From the IMG/VR virus record IMGVR_UViG_3300037991_000499, positions 1 to 45,024 of that record: 45,024 bases of DNA. One strand, 5' to 3'. Below are positions 19,918 to 29,966 of this stretch, piece after piece. A model generated the notes under the pieces. That model saw only the letters and a list, made by a program, of their open reading frames with translations. It did not search any database and was not told the DNA's origin. The DNA comes from a virus (Duplodnaviria > Caudoviricetes). Both the position numbers and the translations under genes were made by a program. The stretch's first letter is position 1; every line of letters starts with the position of its first letter.

Positions 19918-20199
19918 TTAGTCCTCTTTAGTATCCAGCAACATGGCCCTAAGTTCAGCCACTTCTTGCTTAAGTTGTTGCACTTCAGATAATGGAACAT
20001 CCAAAGGAGAACGTCCATCATCTTCTTCTACATTATCTACAAACTCGTTATCTATGTATAAATAATTTTCAGAGTTAGTTATTAAATCGTCTGGGTAGCT
20101 ATCTACTTTATAGAAAGAATCGTAATCTACCTCATGTAAGCCATCTTGAACTAAAAGGTTTACAATAGAGCCCTTACCATCTACTTTTAAATAAATCAT
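19918..20199 (-). CDS. Hypothetical protein, possible tail-fibre chaperone
   Basis: Directly follows the fibre gene; C-terminal coiled coil. Confidence 0.55.
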   Translation of the reverse strand: MIYLKVDGKGSIVNLLVQDGLHEVDYDSFYKVDSYPDDLITNSENYLYIDNEFVDNVEEDDGRSPLDVPLSEVQQLKQEVAELRAMLLDTKED

Positions 20200-22802
20200 T
20201 AAGCAATCCTCTTATAGAAGTATTTTCTCCGACTAGATGCATAGCTTGAATCATAGTTTGAAGAATACTTAACATTATTAGCCCAATACAAAATGATAGG
20301 CTCTGTGCCGGACGAGTAAAAATGTTCTCCATTTCCGTATATAGTTTGACCAATAATACTATTGTAGTAAGTAGTGCCGCCTGACGTAGTTGTATACCCC
20401 GGTTGAAGTAAATACCAACCCACTCCAGCTGGAGGTCCATCGTAAGTACCTCTGCCTGTTAGATAAACAGTGCTCCACGTAGAAGGGTCTCTCATTGGAG
20501 ATAAATCTACTGGATTGGAGAAAACAACGCCTGCAGGAGTTACTTTCATGTAACCACCAGCACCATCACCACCAGCTCCTGTGCCAGCACCTAAAGCTCC
20601 AACAGTAATACTTATTGTAGTATCACCAGCTCTTTTAGAATAGTTAATAACAGATCGAGTTGCTGCGTGACCACCATAAGAACTGTATCTATGGTAAGTA
20701 CCTGAGCCTGAGTCCCAAGCCCCATGACCACCACCACCAGCACCATAAGAAGTACTCGCTGCATCACCACCATCTTCTGCAGATGAATAAGTATCTCCTG
20801 TACTAGAATCACCACCAGCAGATCCTCCAGATCCATAGTAACTCGATTCACCTGCTTCACCATAAGAACTACTCCTGTAGTCTCGAACACTTCCAGTGAA
20901 AGGATCGTCAGGGGCTCCTGCGCCACCTGAAGCTGTGTAAGTCACATTACCATTGGTAGAGTTGTTTATAACAGCTATAGTATCTCCACCATCTGCTCCG
21001 GGGAAACCATCTCGTTGTCCGGTGTAGTTATAGTAAGCACCTTGGCCACCGCCGCCGCCACCACCAATCATTTCTATTGTGATATTATCTCCAGTTGATA
21101 GCGAAGAAATATCTAATGTGTATGTTCCGGCTGAAGTATACTCGATAGGTGTGCTTGTAGAAACTGTCCCATAGAAATCTACACCTGCCATTGCAAATGT
21201 ACCATCTGATCTAAAGCTAACAACTGAGCTTCCGTTACTTACGTTAATACCTGATATTTGGTTTCCAGAAGTATCTGTACCATTACCTACGTAGATACCT
21301 TCGTTAGCAAAGTCACTGAGGTTAGTTTTACCAGAAGCTATCCCAGAGTTATCATCAAGTAAGTTTATTGTGTCATCTAAATCAATAGTAACTGCCCTTA
21401 CACTATTAGCAGCCATTTTGTCAGCAGTTATAGCATTAGCAGCTATAGAGTTAGCCACTATAGTTCCTGTTGTGATAACCCCACCATCAATAGTTGTTGT
21501 GTTAGGTGTGTATATGTTATTCGTAACAACAGCTACTTTACTCGTAGCGTCAGCAGAAGCTGTACTTATAGCATTACTTTCTGCAGTATTAGCTTTACTT
21601 GTAGCGTCAGCAGAGGCTGTACTTATAGCATTGCTTTCAGCTGTATTCGCTTTACTTGTAGCGTCAGCAGCCGCAGTACTCGTTGCATTACTCTCAGCAG
21701 TGTTAGCCTTGGTAGTAGCGTCAGCGGCTGCAGTACTCGTTGCATTACTTTCAGCTGTATTAGCCTTCGTAGTAGCATCAGCCGCTGCAGTACTAATAGC
21801 ATTACTCTCAGCAGTAGCAGCAGCACCCGATGGGTCAGCACCCACTGTGGTATACGTTATTGCATTCGTACCAGTGACAACAATCTTAGTAGCATCGATA
21901 GAGGTAGCCTGTATCTTTTCTGCAGCTATCGTTCCATCAACAACAAGGTCACCATCAATAAACTCAGCAGGGTCAACCCAAGCATCTGAACTTCCAGACC
22001 TAGTGTATTTACCAGCTAACTTACCATTATCATACTCAATTACAACTACTGTTCCGTAGCCAAACTCTTTCTGATTGGAATATGATCTTCCTGTGAAGCT
22101 AGACACAGCAGCTACTGCATCAGTTATCCAAGTTGAGTCACCTAGCGTAGGTTTGTTATAACCTGATTTAGTTGATCGTACAAAGGGTATGCCACCTTCT
22201 TTTGCCTGAACTGGATAAATTGCCCAAGGAGATACATCAGTACCTACAGTAAACTTTTCAGCAACCCAATATGCAGTTGATGGGGCTGTTCCTGTAAATA
22301 GAGTCCACGTTACTCCCGATACTGTGTTATCAGGGTCACCTAACTCAGATAGTAAACCCGGATATGTAGTGTAGTATCGAGTATACGAGGGTGTATCTCC
22401 AGATTCACCAGAAGTGAGAGTCCACTCATAATCTGTTGGGTCTGTAGATGCTACATCAGTAGGACCCCACCACAAACCCCTCCATGCTTTCTGATTACCA
22501 CCAGAGTCAAAGGGTGTCTGTGAGAAACCTGTAACATCATTTTGTGAGTTTACTGTACCATCTGCATTGACGTTTGTTACATTATCAGCGTAGTAAATAT
22601 GAAGCTGTTTGCTTGTAAGAGTCCAAGTTCCATCATTAAACAGCCAAAGGTTATTTAGCACACTGTCATAGTGAGTATCACCATTTACATAGTTAGTACC
22701 AGTTGGTGATGAATTACCTACATAAGAAGTACCACCGGGAGGTGATTTCTTTTCGAGAGCTTTAAGCCTACGCTGTAGTTCTGTTTCGCTAATCCTAGCC
22801 AT
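20199..22802 (-). CDS. Tail fibre / receptor-binding protein
   Basis: Thr/Ser/Gly-rich; IDGDLVVDGTI.A.KI, 19-aa repeats, C-terminal glycine-rich domain (IEMIGGGGGGG ... GDGAGGY). Confidence 0.8.
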   Translation of the reverse strand: MARISETELQRRLKALEKKSPPGGTSYVGNSSPTGTNYVNGDTHYDSVLNNLWLFNDGTWTLTSKQLHIYYADNVTNVNADGTVNSQNDVTGFSQTPFDSGGNQKAWRGLWWGPTDVASTDPTDYEWTLTSGESGDTPSYTRYYTTYPGLLSELGDPDNTVSGVTWTLFTGTAPSTAYWVAEKFTVGTDVSPWAIYPVQAKEGGIPFVRSTKSGYNKPTLGDSTWITDAVAAVSSFTGRSYSNQKEFGYGTVVVIEYDNGKLAGKYTRSGSSDAWVDPAEFIDGDLVVDGTIAAEKIQATSIDATKIVVTGTNAITYTTVGADPSGAAATAESNAISTAAADATTKANTAESNATSTAAADATTKANTAESNATSTAAADATSKANTAESNAISTASADATSKANTAESNAISTASADATSKVAVVTNNIYTPNTTTIDGGVITTGTIVANSIAANAITADKMAANSVRAVTIDLDDTINLLDDNSGIASGKTNLSDFANEGIYVGNGTDTSGNQISGINVSNGSSVVSFRSDGTFAMAGVDFYGTVSTSTPIEYTSAGTYTLDISSLSTGDNITIEMIGGGGGGGQGAYYNYTGQRDGFPGADGGDTIAVINNSTNGNVTYTASGGAGAPDDPFTGSVRDYRSSSYGEAGESSYYGSGGSAGGDSSTGDTYSSAEDGGDAASTSYGAGGGGHGAWDSGSGTYHRYSSYGGHAATRSVINYSKRAGDTTISITVGALGAGTGAGGDGAGGYMKVTPAGVVFSNPVDLSPMRDPSTWSTVYLTGRGTYDGPPAGVGWYLLQPGYTTTSGGTTYYNSIIGQTIYGNGEHFYSSGTEPIILYWANNVKYSSNYDSSYASSRRKYFYKRIA
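21530..21815 (-). repeat. About five tandem 57-bp (19-aa) repeats, TAESNA[IT]STA[AS]ADAT[TS]KAN
   Basis: Visible in both DNA and protein; boundaries approximate. Confidence 0.9.
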
Positions 22803-22820
22803 TTAATTTTCTCCTGAAAT

Positions 22821-24386
22821 CTATCGTCTACCAGCTCCTTTAAATGTGAACTGCATAGTGGTTAGTTTAGGGTTTGTTGTACCATTCATTGCTACTTTTA
22901 AATGAACATATCGGCCTGACTCCCTGACATCCATCTTGTGTGATGATGCAGGATTGTAGAGTCTATTGTGGTTAGAAAACTCAGTGTTCAAGTTCAAGTA
23001 ATCAGAGAGCATCGATGTTCCTACAAAGGATACATTAACAGAGTTACTAGACTCTGGGTAAATGGTAGAAATGTCTTTGATTACACTGTTGGCACTTAAG
23101 GAATCATCAATGCGAGTAAAGTAACCACCACTTACGTACTGGCTTGTAGACAACTCGTAAATACCATCGTTACCTTTTGCTCCAAAGATCTTTAGACTCC
23201 CCTCTACTTCTGTTTCGTATATGTCAGAAATATTTGGAATAGATCGTATGTGAACCTTTCGATCACTGTAGCAGAATACAAATGCTTTGTTTGTACCAAA
23301 ACCAGTAGTTGCAGATTCCCTAAAGCAGAACCATATTTCTTTATCACGAGTTTGGTGGAATACAAAAGACTTATCTTTATCGGTACCTTTAACTAAGTTG
23401 AACATAGCATCTTGGAATATACCTTTAGCTATATCTTCTCGTTGGGCTTGACCATCATGAACATAAACACCATAGTTACCCACAACTAAATGCTGAGAGT
23501 CACCTATGTTTGCAAAACATCGGCTTGAGTAAATCCCATCGTCTTCGAAGATAGAGTCAAAACCCAAAACATAGTTGTCACCTGTTTCGAATATACGCAC
23601 AACACCATCAGTTTTGTACGCTATGAAGTTTTCACCAAGTTGACCACCATCCAGTATTCTTCCCGGAGTTTGTGTTAGGAATGCATCGCCTGCACTGTTA
23701 GTAGTAGCAGCTTGCCAATCTACTCCTGATAAAGAGTTTAAAGTTGTAATGTGAGACGACCAAGCGAGATCAATAGGAAACGCTTCATCATCTGAAGTAG
23801 TAGCTGTATTCTTATCGTCATAGAACGACATAGCTATTAGTCTGTTTTTGTAAGGACGCATAATACGTGCGTACTGACTTCCTGCCATTGCAGACCATCC
23901 GGGTAAATCTACTAGATTACCAGCTGTAGTTGCATCAGCAGTTATATATTGTGGGTTGCCTGTACCGGGATTACAAATAAGCAATCCGTTAAATACAAAC
24001 AACTGAGGTGGGTACTCTTCATCAATTTCAAAGTTAGCCCCTGCAGTAGCATTAGTAATCTCTGCGTGAACTTGAGTATCAGTGTTATACACGAATACCC
24101 GACCTTTTGTAGTAGTAGAAGATGAAGTGTCTTTTAAGACATATGCGATGTTTAGGAAAGACGAGCCAGCTGGGGTCCACTGCGTCAGAGCCACGACCTC
24201 TCCATCAGAATACCCTGTAGGTAATCCAATGGAAGATACAAAGTCATATACGCCTTGGACGCTTCCATCCTTAGCTCGAATATCTAAACAATCATTCCAA
24301 GCACCCTGCGGTAGCGCATGGGCAGGTACATCTGTGATAAGACCTACCGATGCAAAGTCTATCTCTGGGGTTGTTTGGTATGCCAT
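22821..24386 (-). CDS. Tail nozzle / stabilisation protein (P22 gp10-like)
   Basis: Beta-rich; GLITD.PAH.LP..AW start and RESGRY...GRR end; position. Confidence 0.7.
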   Translation of the reverse strand: MAYQTTPEIDFASVGLITDVPAHALPQGAWNDCLDIRAKDGSVQGVYDFVSSIGLPTGYSDGEVVALTQWTPAGSSFLNIAYVLKDTSSSTTTKGRVFVYNTDTQVHAEITNATAGANFEIDEEYPPQLFVFNGLLICNPGTGNPQYITADATTAGNLVDLPGWSAMAGSQYARIMRPYKNRLIAMSFYDDKNTATTSDDEAFPIDLAWSSHITTLNSLSGVDWQAATTNSAGDAFLTQTPGRILDGGQLGENFIAYKTDGVVRIFETGDNYVLGFDSIFEDDGIYSSRCFANIGDSQHLVVGNYGVYVHDGQAQREDIAKGIFQDAMFNLVKGTDKDKSFVFHQTRDKEIWFCFRESATTGFGTNKAFVFCYSDRKVHIRSIPNISDIYETEVEGSLKIFGAKGNDGIYELSTSQYVSGGYFTRIDDSLSANSVIKDISTIYPESSNSVNVSFVGTSMLSDYLNLNTEFSNHNRLYNPASSHKMDVRESGRYVHLKVAMNGTTNPKLTTMQFTFKGAGRR

Positions 24387-24824
24387 TTAAGATCTCCTTT
24401 GAACCACTGATTGCCCGAAGTACATACCAACCACAGACATGATAGCATGCGATAGCCAATCCGGTACTACGATTCCTTCGAGGTTTATGTATTCAGTTAC
24501 TGTATTACTAAGATCTAAAAATAAGAACTTAAACCCAGTAGTTACTTCTACAGGTACAGTTGTTGTTTGACCTAGTAATGGTGCTAATAATATAAACCCT
24601 GCCATTGACATAAAAGAGATTACTAAGAATCTGCGTATCCAATTAGCGTTAGGGTTTTGAAACTTTCTTGCATTACTTATGGAGTCCTCAGAAGCTTTAA
24701 ACCTCTGAGTAGCCATCTTGAATTGCTCAGCTCTATCTTGCTGCGACTGAGCCATTAGCTTCAGGAATGCACCACCAAGAGTACTGACAATCATCGTAAT
24801 GACTTCTAAGGGTAATCCAAACAT
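24387..24824 (-). CDS. Holin-like membrane protein
   Basis: Three hydrophobic segments; WIR and GMYFGQ motifs. Confidence 0.6.
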   Translation of the reverse strand: MFGLPLEVITMIVSTLGGAFLKLMAQSQQDRAEQFKMATQRFKASEDSISNARKFQNPNANWIRRFLVISFMSMAGFILLAPLLGQTTTVPVEVTTGFKFLFLDLSNTVTEYINLEGIVVPDWLSHAIMSVVGMYFGQSVVQRRS

Positions 24825-24836
24825 AATTATTTCTCC

Positions 24837-25058
24837 TTAAATAGCTGCTAATTTAAAAAGAGTAGTGAGCCCAATCTGATCGCTCAATACAACTAACCCA
24901 CCACCTATAGCAATCCATTTAATTTGTTGTAGATTTTTTGTTATTGAATTAAGAGTAGTTCGTAATTCATCTGATGCAGAATGAAGCAGCTTGATTTCTT
25001 CGTCATGCTGATCCACTCGCCACTCAATCTTAGTTACTTGCTCTTTTAACTGATCCAT
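24837..25058 (-). CDS. Small coiled-coil membrane protein (holin/XhlA-like)
   Basis: Coiled coil followed by IKWIAIGGGLVV. Confidence 0.55.
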   Translation of the reverse strand: MDQLKEQVTKIEWRVDQHDEEIKLLHSASDELRTTLNSITKNLQQIKWIAIGGGLVVLSDQIGLTTLFKLAAI

Positions 25059-25090
25059 TTTTTATTATTACTCTTTTTATTGAGATGTGG

Positions 25091-25378
25091 TTACCACTTA
25101 GCTTTATCAGCCCAGTATGCAGCAGACATCTTACCTTTAGAGATGTTCTTTGCATGACGAGCCTTAAAGGAAGCACGTTTCTTTTTCATTGCAGAAGATT
25201 CACCAGCCTTAGGTTTTCCAGCAGTTTTAGCACCTTGCTGACCAAAGCGAATGGTTTTAACCTTGTCGCCTTCTTTTGCAACCACAACATGAGATTTTTT
25301 AGGATGATTAGGGGTGCGCTTTGGTTTGTTGTAACCACTAACACCAGCTCTTGCAAGTCTTGGGTCTTTCTTTTTCAT
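25091..25378 (-). CDS. Small Lys-rich phage protein
   Basis: GYNKPKRTPNHPKKSHVV, IRFGQQG, RASFKARH, SAAYWA. Confidence 0.8.
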   Translation of the reverse strand: MKKKDPRLARAGVSGYNKPKRTPNHPKKSHVVVAKEGDKVKTIRFGQQGAKTAGKPKAGESSAMKKKRASFKARHAKNISKGKMSAAYWADKAKW

Positions 25379-25617
25379 CGTTTTTTACCTTTGTGTAATC
25401 CGTGTTTAGCATGTTGCTTTCCTTTGGCGGTAGCTTCACGCTTCTTTTTATTAGCTGCTGCTAACTTTTTCTTTCCTGCTGCAGTAGACTGTAGCTTTTT
25501 AATAGTCTTAGATGGTGCGTAAACTTCACCAGTTTTTCCGCTAGGTTTTCCAGATGGGGTACGCCACTTTTGTTTAGTCCACCTCTTTAAAGACTTTTGA
25601 GACTTTTTAAGAGCCAT
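25375..25617 (-). CDS. Small Lys-rich phage protein
   Basis: SLKRWTKQKWRT; coupled to neighbours. Confidence 0.8.
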   Translation of the reverse strand: MALKKSQKSLKRWTKQKWRTPSGKPSGKTGEVYAPSKTIKKLQSTAAGKKKLAAANKKKREATAKGKQHAKHGLHKGKKR

Positions 25618-25802
25618 TACTTGTAACCTCCACCTTTAGCCTTATATTCTTTTGCTAACATTTGAGCCTTACGTGCAGACCACTGACCAGCTTTACCACC
25701 CTTTGAACCTGATTTAATTTTGTTAAATAAGTTCTTACGCATGGTAGGCTTAGTATAGTTACCAGCTTTGTTTACTGTTGATTTCTTTTTCTGTGCAGGC
25801 AT
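25617..25802 (-). CDS. Small Lys-rich phage protein
   Basis: GQWSARKAQMLAKEYKAKGGGY; GGAGGA RBS. Confidence 0.8.
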   Translation of the reverse strand: MPAQKKKSTVNKAGNYTKPTMRKNLFNKIKSGSKGGKAGQWSARKAQMLAKEYKAKGGGYK

Positions 25803-25827
25803 ATATGTCCTCCATTAAATTTAATAT

Positions 25828-26784
25828 CTACTTGTAATTTTCTAAAGTAAAAGTTGTTCCATGCATCTTGTTAATTTTTGCATGATTGCTATACACAAGA
25901 ACCTCAGGGTCTTCTAAAAGAAAATCACAGTTTTTACAGAAGTCAGGAAACTCTTCGTTACGATGATCTTCCCTCAGCTTATTATACTTTTCACCATTAA
26001 GTACTTGGTCAATTGTGCTAGTGTCTAAGTGACCTAAAACTGCAGCGGAGTCATTACCAAGCACTTGACAGCAAGGGTGTACCGCTGCGGTATGACCATC
26101 ATTACCGCCAGCTCTTACAACTATGTCGGGACTAAATGGTCTACCACAAGATCTTTTAATACCTTTCCTTTGATAACCATCAGTATACTCTCCGGACCAG
26201 TTATGCATCTTCCAGACTTCAGTAAGTCCATCACCATTTAACTCCTTGTACTTTGACAGTTCATAGTCTAAGTTGTCATTGTTAAGTATTAAGTGGTACG
26301 AGGCTATCCTACTCTCAGTCCCTTTTGCATAGTCTCTCATAGAATTTAAGTTATCTAAAACAGTATGAAACTTATTTGAGTTCATCCACTGTGAGTAAGA
26401 TAGTTGGTCATACCCTATGATTGAAAAACGATAGAAGTCTATACCAGCATCTACAATATCTTCCATAAAACTTCCAGATGTTTTTAATCCATTGGAAAAT
26501 ATGTAGGCTTTTGCACCAAGTTCTTTAACAACCCTGATGTACTCTGGTAGGTTATTGTTGAGAGTAGGCTCACCAGAACCTTCTAAGTTTATTACAGAAG
26601 CGCCATGTTCAACGCACTCTTCAACAATACTTTTAAATTGGTTCAAAGGCATTCTTTTAAGGAAACCCTTCTCTCTCCCAGTAGATTGAGGGCACATTTG
26701 ACAAGAGTAATTACAACCCCCATTAACCTCAATGACTGCCCTTTCGATCTGAGAGTACTTCTTCAAATCTTTGTATGAACTCAT
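25828..26784 (-). CDS. Radical SAM protein with SPASM/twitch domain
   Basis: CNYSCQMC, GSGEP, CGRPF, HPCC, CKNC. Confidence 0.92.
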   Translation of the reverse strand: MSSYKDLKKYSQIERAVIEVNGGCNYSCQMCPQSTGREKGFLKRMPLNQFKSIVEECVEHGASVINLEGSGEPTLNNNLPEYIRVVKELGAKAYIFSNGLKTSGSFMEDIVDAGIDFYRFSIIGYDQLSYSQWMNSNKFHTVLDNLNSMRDYAKGTESRIASYHLILNNDNLDYELSKYKELNGDGLTEVWKMHNWSGEYTDGYQRKGIKRSCGRPFSPDIVVRAGGNDGHTAAVHPCCQVLGNDSAAVLGHLDTSTIDQVLNGEKYNKLREDHRNEEFPDFCKNCDFLLEDPEVLVYSNHAKINKMHGTTFTLENYK

Positions 26785-27520
26785 AGCTGCACCTTATATT
26801 ACAATCCTTGCATGGATCTATTGTTCTTTCACCTTTCAAAAGATTCTTTCGATACTCCAAGAGTCTTTTATTAGAATCGTAATACTGAGATATAGGTTCT
26901 GACTTAACATTACCTAGGGTTTCAATGTCTTTCCACACATCACAACAAAGATTATAATCTCCGTTATAGTTTATGTAGACAACCTCAAAGGGTTTGTGAC
27001 ACATCTTCCCATACCTCGGCTGAGGTTCAAAAGATTGTGGGTTTATTTCTGTTAGTGGAATATAACCAGCCCTAGTTTTCCACTTCCTATCTTCTGGTTT
27101 TTTCTTATCCTTAACTAAATAGTCAGGGAAAGTATTGACAGCATCTTGATATTCTATTCTACTTTCAGGGTAGATATTGTATGTAACTCTATCTATCTTA
27201 TCCATTAAGTGTTTATACCTAGGAACTCTTGCACCATTAGTATTCATTTCAATACGGAAGGATGGAACTTCTTCTCGAAACTCTAAGAGTCTTTCAAGTA
27301 TCTTCCCAAACTCTTTGTGTAGAGTAGGCTCACCTCTTCCAGCAAGTTGAACTGTTATCTCTTGATCTAAATCCCGAATATTATCAAGTATTAGATCCAA
27401 AGTGTCTAAGGACATATGAAGGTTCTGGTTAGGGTACCCATGACCCCTAGGGCAAAAGGGACAGTTAAAATTACAAAGCTCCGTAAGGTTTAATTCAACA
27501 TACTTTAAAAGTTTACGCAC
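26729..27520 (-). CDS. Radical SAM protein with SPASM/twitch domain
   Basis: CNFNCPFC, GRGEP, TNG, CHKPF, LCC, CKDC. Confidence 0.92.
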   Translation of the reverse strand: MRKLLKYVELNLTELCNFNCPFCPRGHGYPNQNLHMSLDTLDLILDNIRDLDQEITVQLAGRGEPTLHKEFGKILERLLEFREEVPSFRIEMNTNGARVPRYKHLMDKIDRVTYNIYPESRIEYQDAVNTFPDYLVKDKKKPEDRKWKTRAGYIPLTEINPQSFEPQPRYGKMCHKPFEVVYINYNGDYNLCCDVWKDIETLGNVKSEPISQYYDSNKRLLEYRKNLLKGERTIDPCKDCNIRCSYEFIQRFEEVLSDRKGSH

Positions 27521-27529
27521 AGATACTCC

Positions 27530-28102
27530 TTATACTTTACTTTGAATAAATGTGTTTATAGTAAATCGTTTGCTTAAACTACTGCCGTTTCTAAAGCTAT
27601 GTAATTCATCAGTAAAAATAACACCGCTGTTTTGTTTCCATTCTTGAGTTTTATTTTCTTTTACAAAATGAGTACCCTCAGAATTATATGGGTATATGTA
27701 AACAGATGAATTTAAACAACTAGTATCATGTACATGCTCTGGGAAATCCATTCCACATTCTGTGTACTGAAGCTCTATTCTGCAAGTCAGTAATTTAAAA
27801 GTATTACCTAGCAGTTCTTTACCTGCTTCTTTAAAAGTAAAGTTAGATTGTTTAAAAAAATCAATTAATAGATCAAAAATATAATTATTAAGTTTTTCTG
27901 TAATAAGTGGATGTATTGTTAAGTTAGATGTTTTTCCATCTAAGTGACGGACCTTAACACCTTTTTCAATACCATTTGGTTTAACAAAAACATACCAGTT
28001 TGTTTTTAAAGAATCACCTAAGTCAAGATTATCTAGTTCTTCACAAACGAGATTAAACTTGTTGAATAACGAGTCATCCATCATAACTGACTTGCTAATC
28101 AT
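27530..28102 (-). CDS. 2OG-Fe(II) oxygenase-like protein
   Basis: HVHD, GT.F, W..N, LHS, RFTIN. Confidence 0.65.
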   Translation of the reverse strand: MISKSVMMDDSLFNKFNLVCEELDNLDLGDSLKTNWYVFVKPNGIEKGVKVRHLDGKTSNLTIHPLITEKLNNYIFDLLIDFFKQSNFTFKEAGKELLGNTFKLLTCRIELQYTECGMDFPEHVHDTSCLNSSVYIYPYNSEGTHFVKENKTQEWKQNSGVIFTDELHSFRNGSSLSKRFTINTFIQSKV

Positions 28103-28625
28103 AATCTTTACCTTTTTCTAAAAATTGATTTATTGTTATTCTAAAATCACCTTTATTGCATAAGTAGTCGTGCCAAGTTACACCCTCTACCCCACAAAAT
28201 ATAAATGCTCTGTTTTGTCTCCACTCTATTTCTTTACAAAAAGTTTTGTCTTTAGTAAATAGTCGAGTACCTCTGTTTTCAACAGGATCAATGTAGACTA
28301 CTAAAGATAGAATTTTATTAGGAGCTTCATCGTGCAGTTTATATTTGTAGGGTCCTATGATTGCATTTATTTCAGTGTAAACATTAAGTGTTGTATGCTC
28401 TCTAACGTCAGGGAAATATTTTAAAAGTTTAGGTGAAACTTCACACTGTTTAAGTATTTTATTTAACTCCTCATCTCTTTCAAATCGTAACCTAAATGAC
28501 CCATTAGTGCCAAACCCTTCCTCCTTTAGTTTATTTTTAGCATAAGCTTGTAGCTTTTTAAAAACATTATCAGGGTAAAAGTTATCTATGACTATATATG
28601 TCCAAGGTTCTTTAAATATTTCCAT
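28095..28625 (-). CDS. 2OG-Fe(II) oxygenase-like protein
   Basis: PWTYIVIDNF, HDE, KILSLVVY, GTRL, WRQNRA, WHDY, RITIN. Confidence 0.78.
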   Translation of the reverse strand: MEIFKEPWTYIVIDNFYPDNVFKKLQAYAKNKLKEEGFGTNGSFRLRFERDEELNKILKQCEVSPKLLKYFPDVREHTTLNVYTEINAIIGPYKYKLHDEAPNKILSLVVYIDPVENRGTRLFTKDKTFCKEIEWRQNRAFIFCGVEGVTWHDYLCNKGDFRITINQFLEKGKDYD

Positions 28626-29488
28626 GAATGCAAGTCCTCATCAGTATGTCCTTTCTCGTAAAATTTTAACTTACGAAGTAGTTTATCTTTGTATCCTTCT
28701 CCGTGAAAATCGTGACATATACAATGATAAAACCAAGTAAGCCATTGAGATAACTGATCGTCAGAGATAGCCTTAACTTTTTCAATACCAGTAAGATCCG
28801 GTAGTGTTGGGACTATATCGACCAGCATATTGTTATCTCTCATTTGTACTGTAGGTTTACCCATAAGTATAGACTTAAACGATAAGGCGCTATCTGAGCT
28901 AAATACTAGGTCTGCGTTAGCTACCATTTCTTCTGATCTGTACCCTTGAGCTAGGTTAGTGTACTCTGATAAAAGACCTTCTTTGTAAAAGTAATTCCAT
29001 ATTTTATTGTAATTTGTAATATCACCGGGTACAGGGTGAGCTCTAAAAACAGTATATTGTTTGTTTTCAGTAGCCCACTTTAATGCTTTTACTGTTTCAT
29101 TAAAATCTTTGGTTCTGGTCATTTGCAATGCAAAAAGGTAATATGAGCGATCTGGTTTGTATATACCTTCATCTTGACCATATCTATCATTTCCTTGTGA
29201 TCTAAAAAAATCTAGTATTCCATCTTCAGTATCAGCTTCGAGATACCTTTCGGTCTTAGGGAAATAATCAACATAAAGTCCCTTACTCATACGCATCATG
29301 TGAAAATTAGCATAGCCACCAGTATACCTGTATTTGCAGCTGTGATCTTCCCAATGCATATCCTCTAAAGAAACGTATGGATCAAATATCTCACAATACT
29401 CTTTTACATACTTTAGTCTAATAGCTTTATGAGGTTCATTGTATCTGTTTTTGTACCACTCTATATAGTAATTAGCTAGAGAACCCAA
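28592..29488 (-). CDS. KpsS/KpsC-like (GT-B) glycosyltransferase-like protein
   Basis: LFALQ, VFRAHP, ADLVFSSDSALSFKSILMGKP. Start placed at a TTG 7 nt after GGAGG. Confidence 0.6.
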   Translation of the reverse strand: MGSLANYYIEWYKNRYNEPHKAIRLKYVKEYCEIFDPYVSLEDMHWEDHSCKYRYTGGYANFHMMRMSKGLYVDYFPKTERYLEADTEDGILDFFRSQGNDRYGQDEGIYKPDRSYYLFALQMTRTKDFNETVKALKWATENKQYTVFRAHPVPGDITNYNKIWNYFYKEGLLSEYTNLAQGYRSEEMVANADLVFSSDSALSFKSILMGKPTVQMRDNNMLVDIVPTLPDLTGIEKVKAISDDQLSQWLTWFYHCICHDFHGEGYKDKLLRKLKFYEKGHTDEDLHSWKYLKNLGHI

Positions 29489-29966
29489 ATGAAAACCTCC
29501 GTCCGCTTGACCAAACAGTATGCCAAAAAAGAGGATCGTCAGACACTTCAAACCTACGAGCAGTCCATCCTACATCATCCCAATCTTCTACAATCTCACC
29601 TGTCACCGGGTCTTTATAAATAAAAACACTAGGGTCAATACAGAATGTATAGTATGTCCGTATTCCGGGTTCATTAGAGTTTGTGTGCCAACCAAGCCCT
29701 TGACCAGACATGAGCATGTATGCATTAGTGCTTTCATTTGCACCCAATAGCTCAATTGCTTTTTTTATATCGGGTACTTCTTCATTTACTAGAGAGTAGC
29801 CAGACGAAGTTTTAGGTCTATCTTCTTCAGGTATTGGCCTATCCCTCCATTCATCCACTGTGTATGTTGTTCTCGGTGTATAATTTGCCCACTTAAAAGC
29901 AGTATCTTCAATAATACCACTTAAAGCAGATGTAACTTCGGGATCAACTTCTATTCTGTATGTCAT
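29472..29966 (-). CDS. Cupin / oxygenase-like protein
   Basis: GWHTN...FWHTV...RFSFGF double-stranded beta-helix pattern. Confidence 0.6.
   Translation of the reverse strand: MTYRIEVDPEVTSALSGIIEDTAFKWANYTPRTTYTVDEWRDRPIPEEDRPKTSSGYSLVNEEVPDIKKAIELLGANESTNAYMLMSGQGLGWHTNSNEPGIRTYYTFCIDPSVFIYKDPVTGEIVEDWDDVGWTARRFEVSDDPLFWHTVWSSGRRFSFGFSS

Noticed and set aside
20174-22059. ORFs nested in the tail-fibre gene, including a possible frameshift product at 20174-20440
   Set aside because: Explained by repeat-driven open frames; no slippery site identified.
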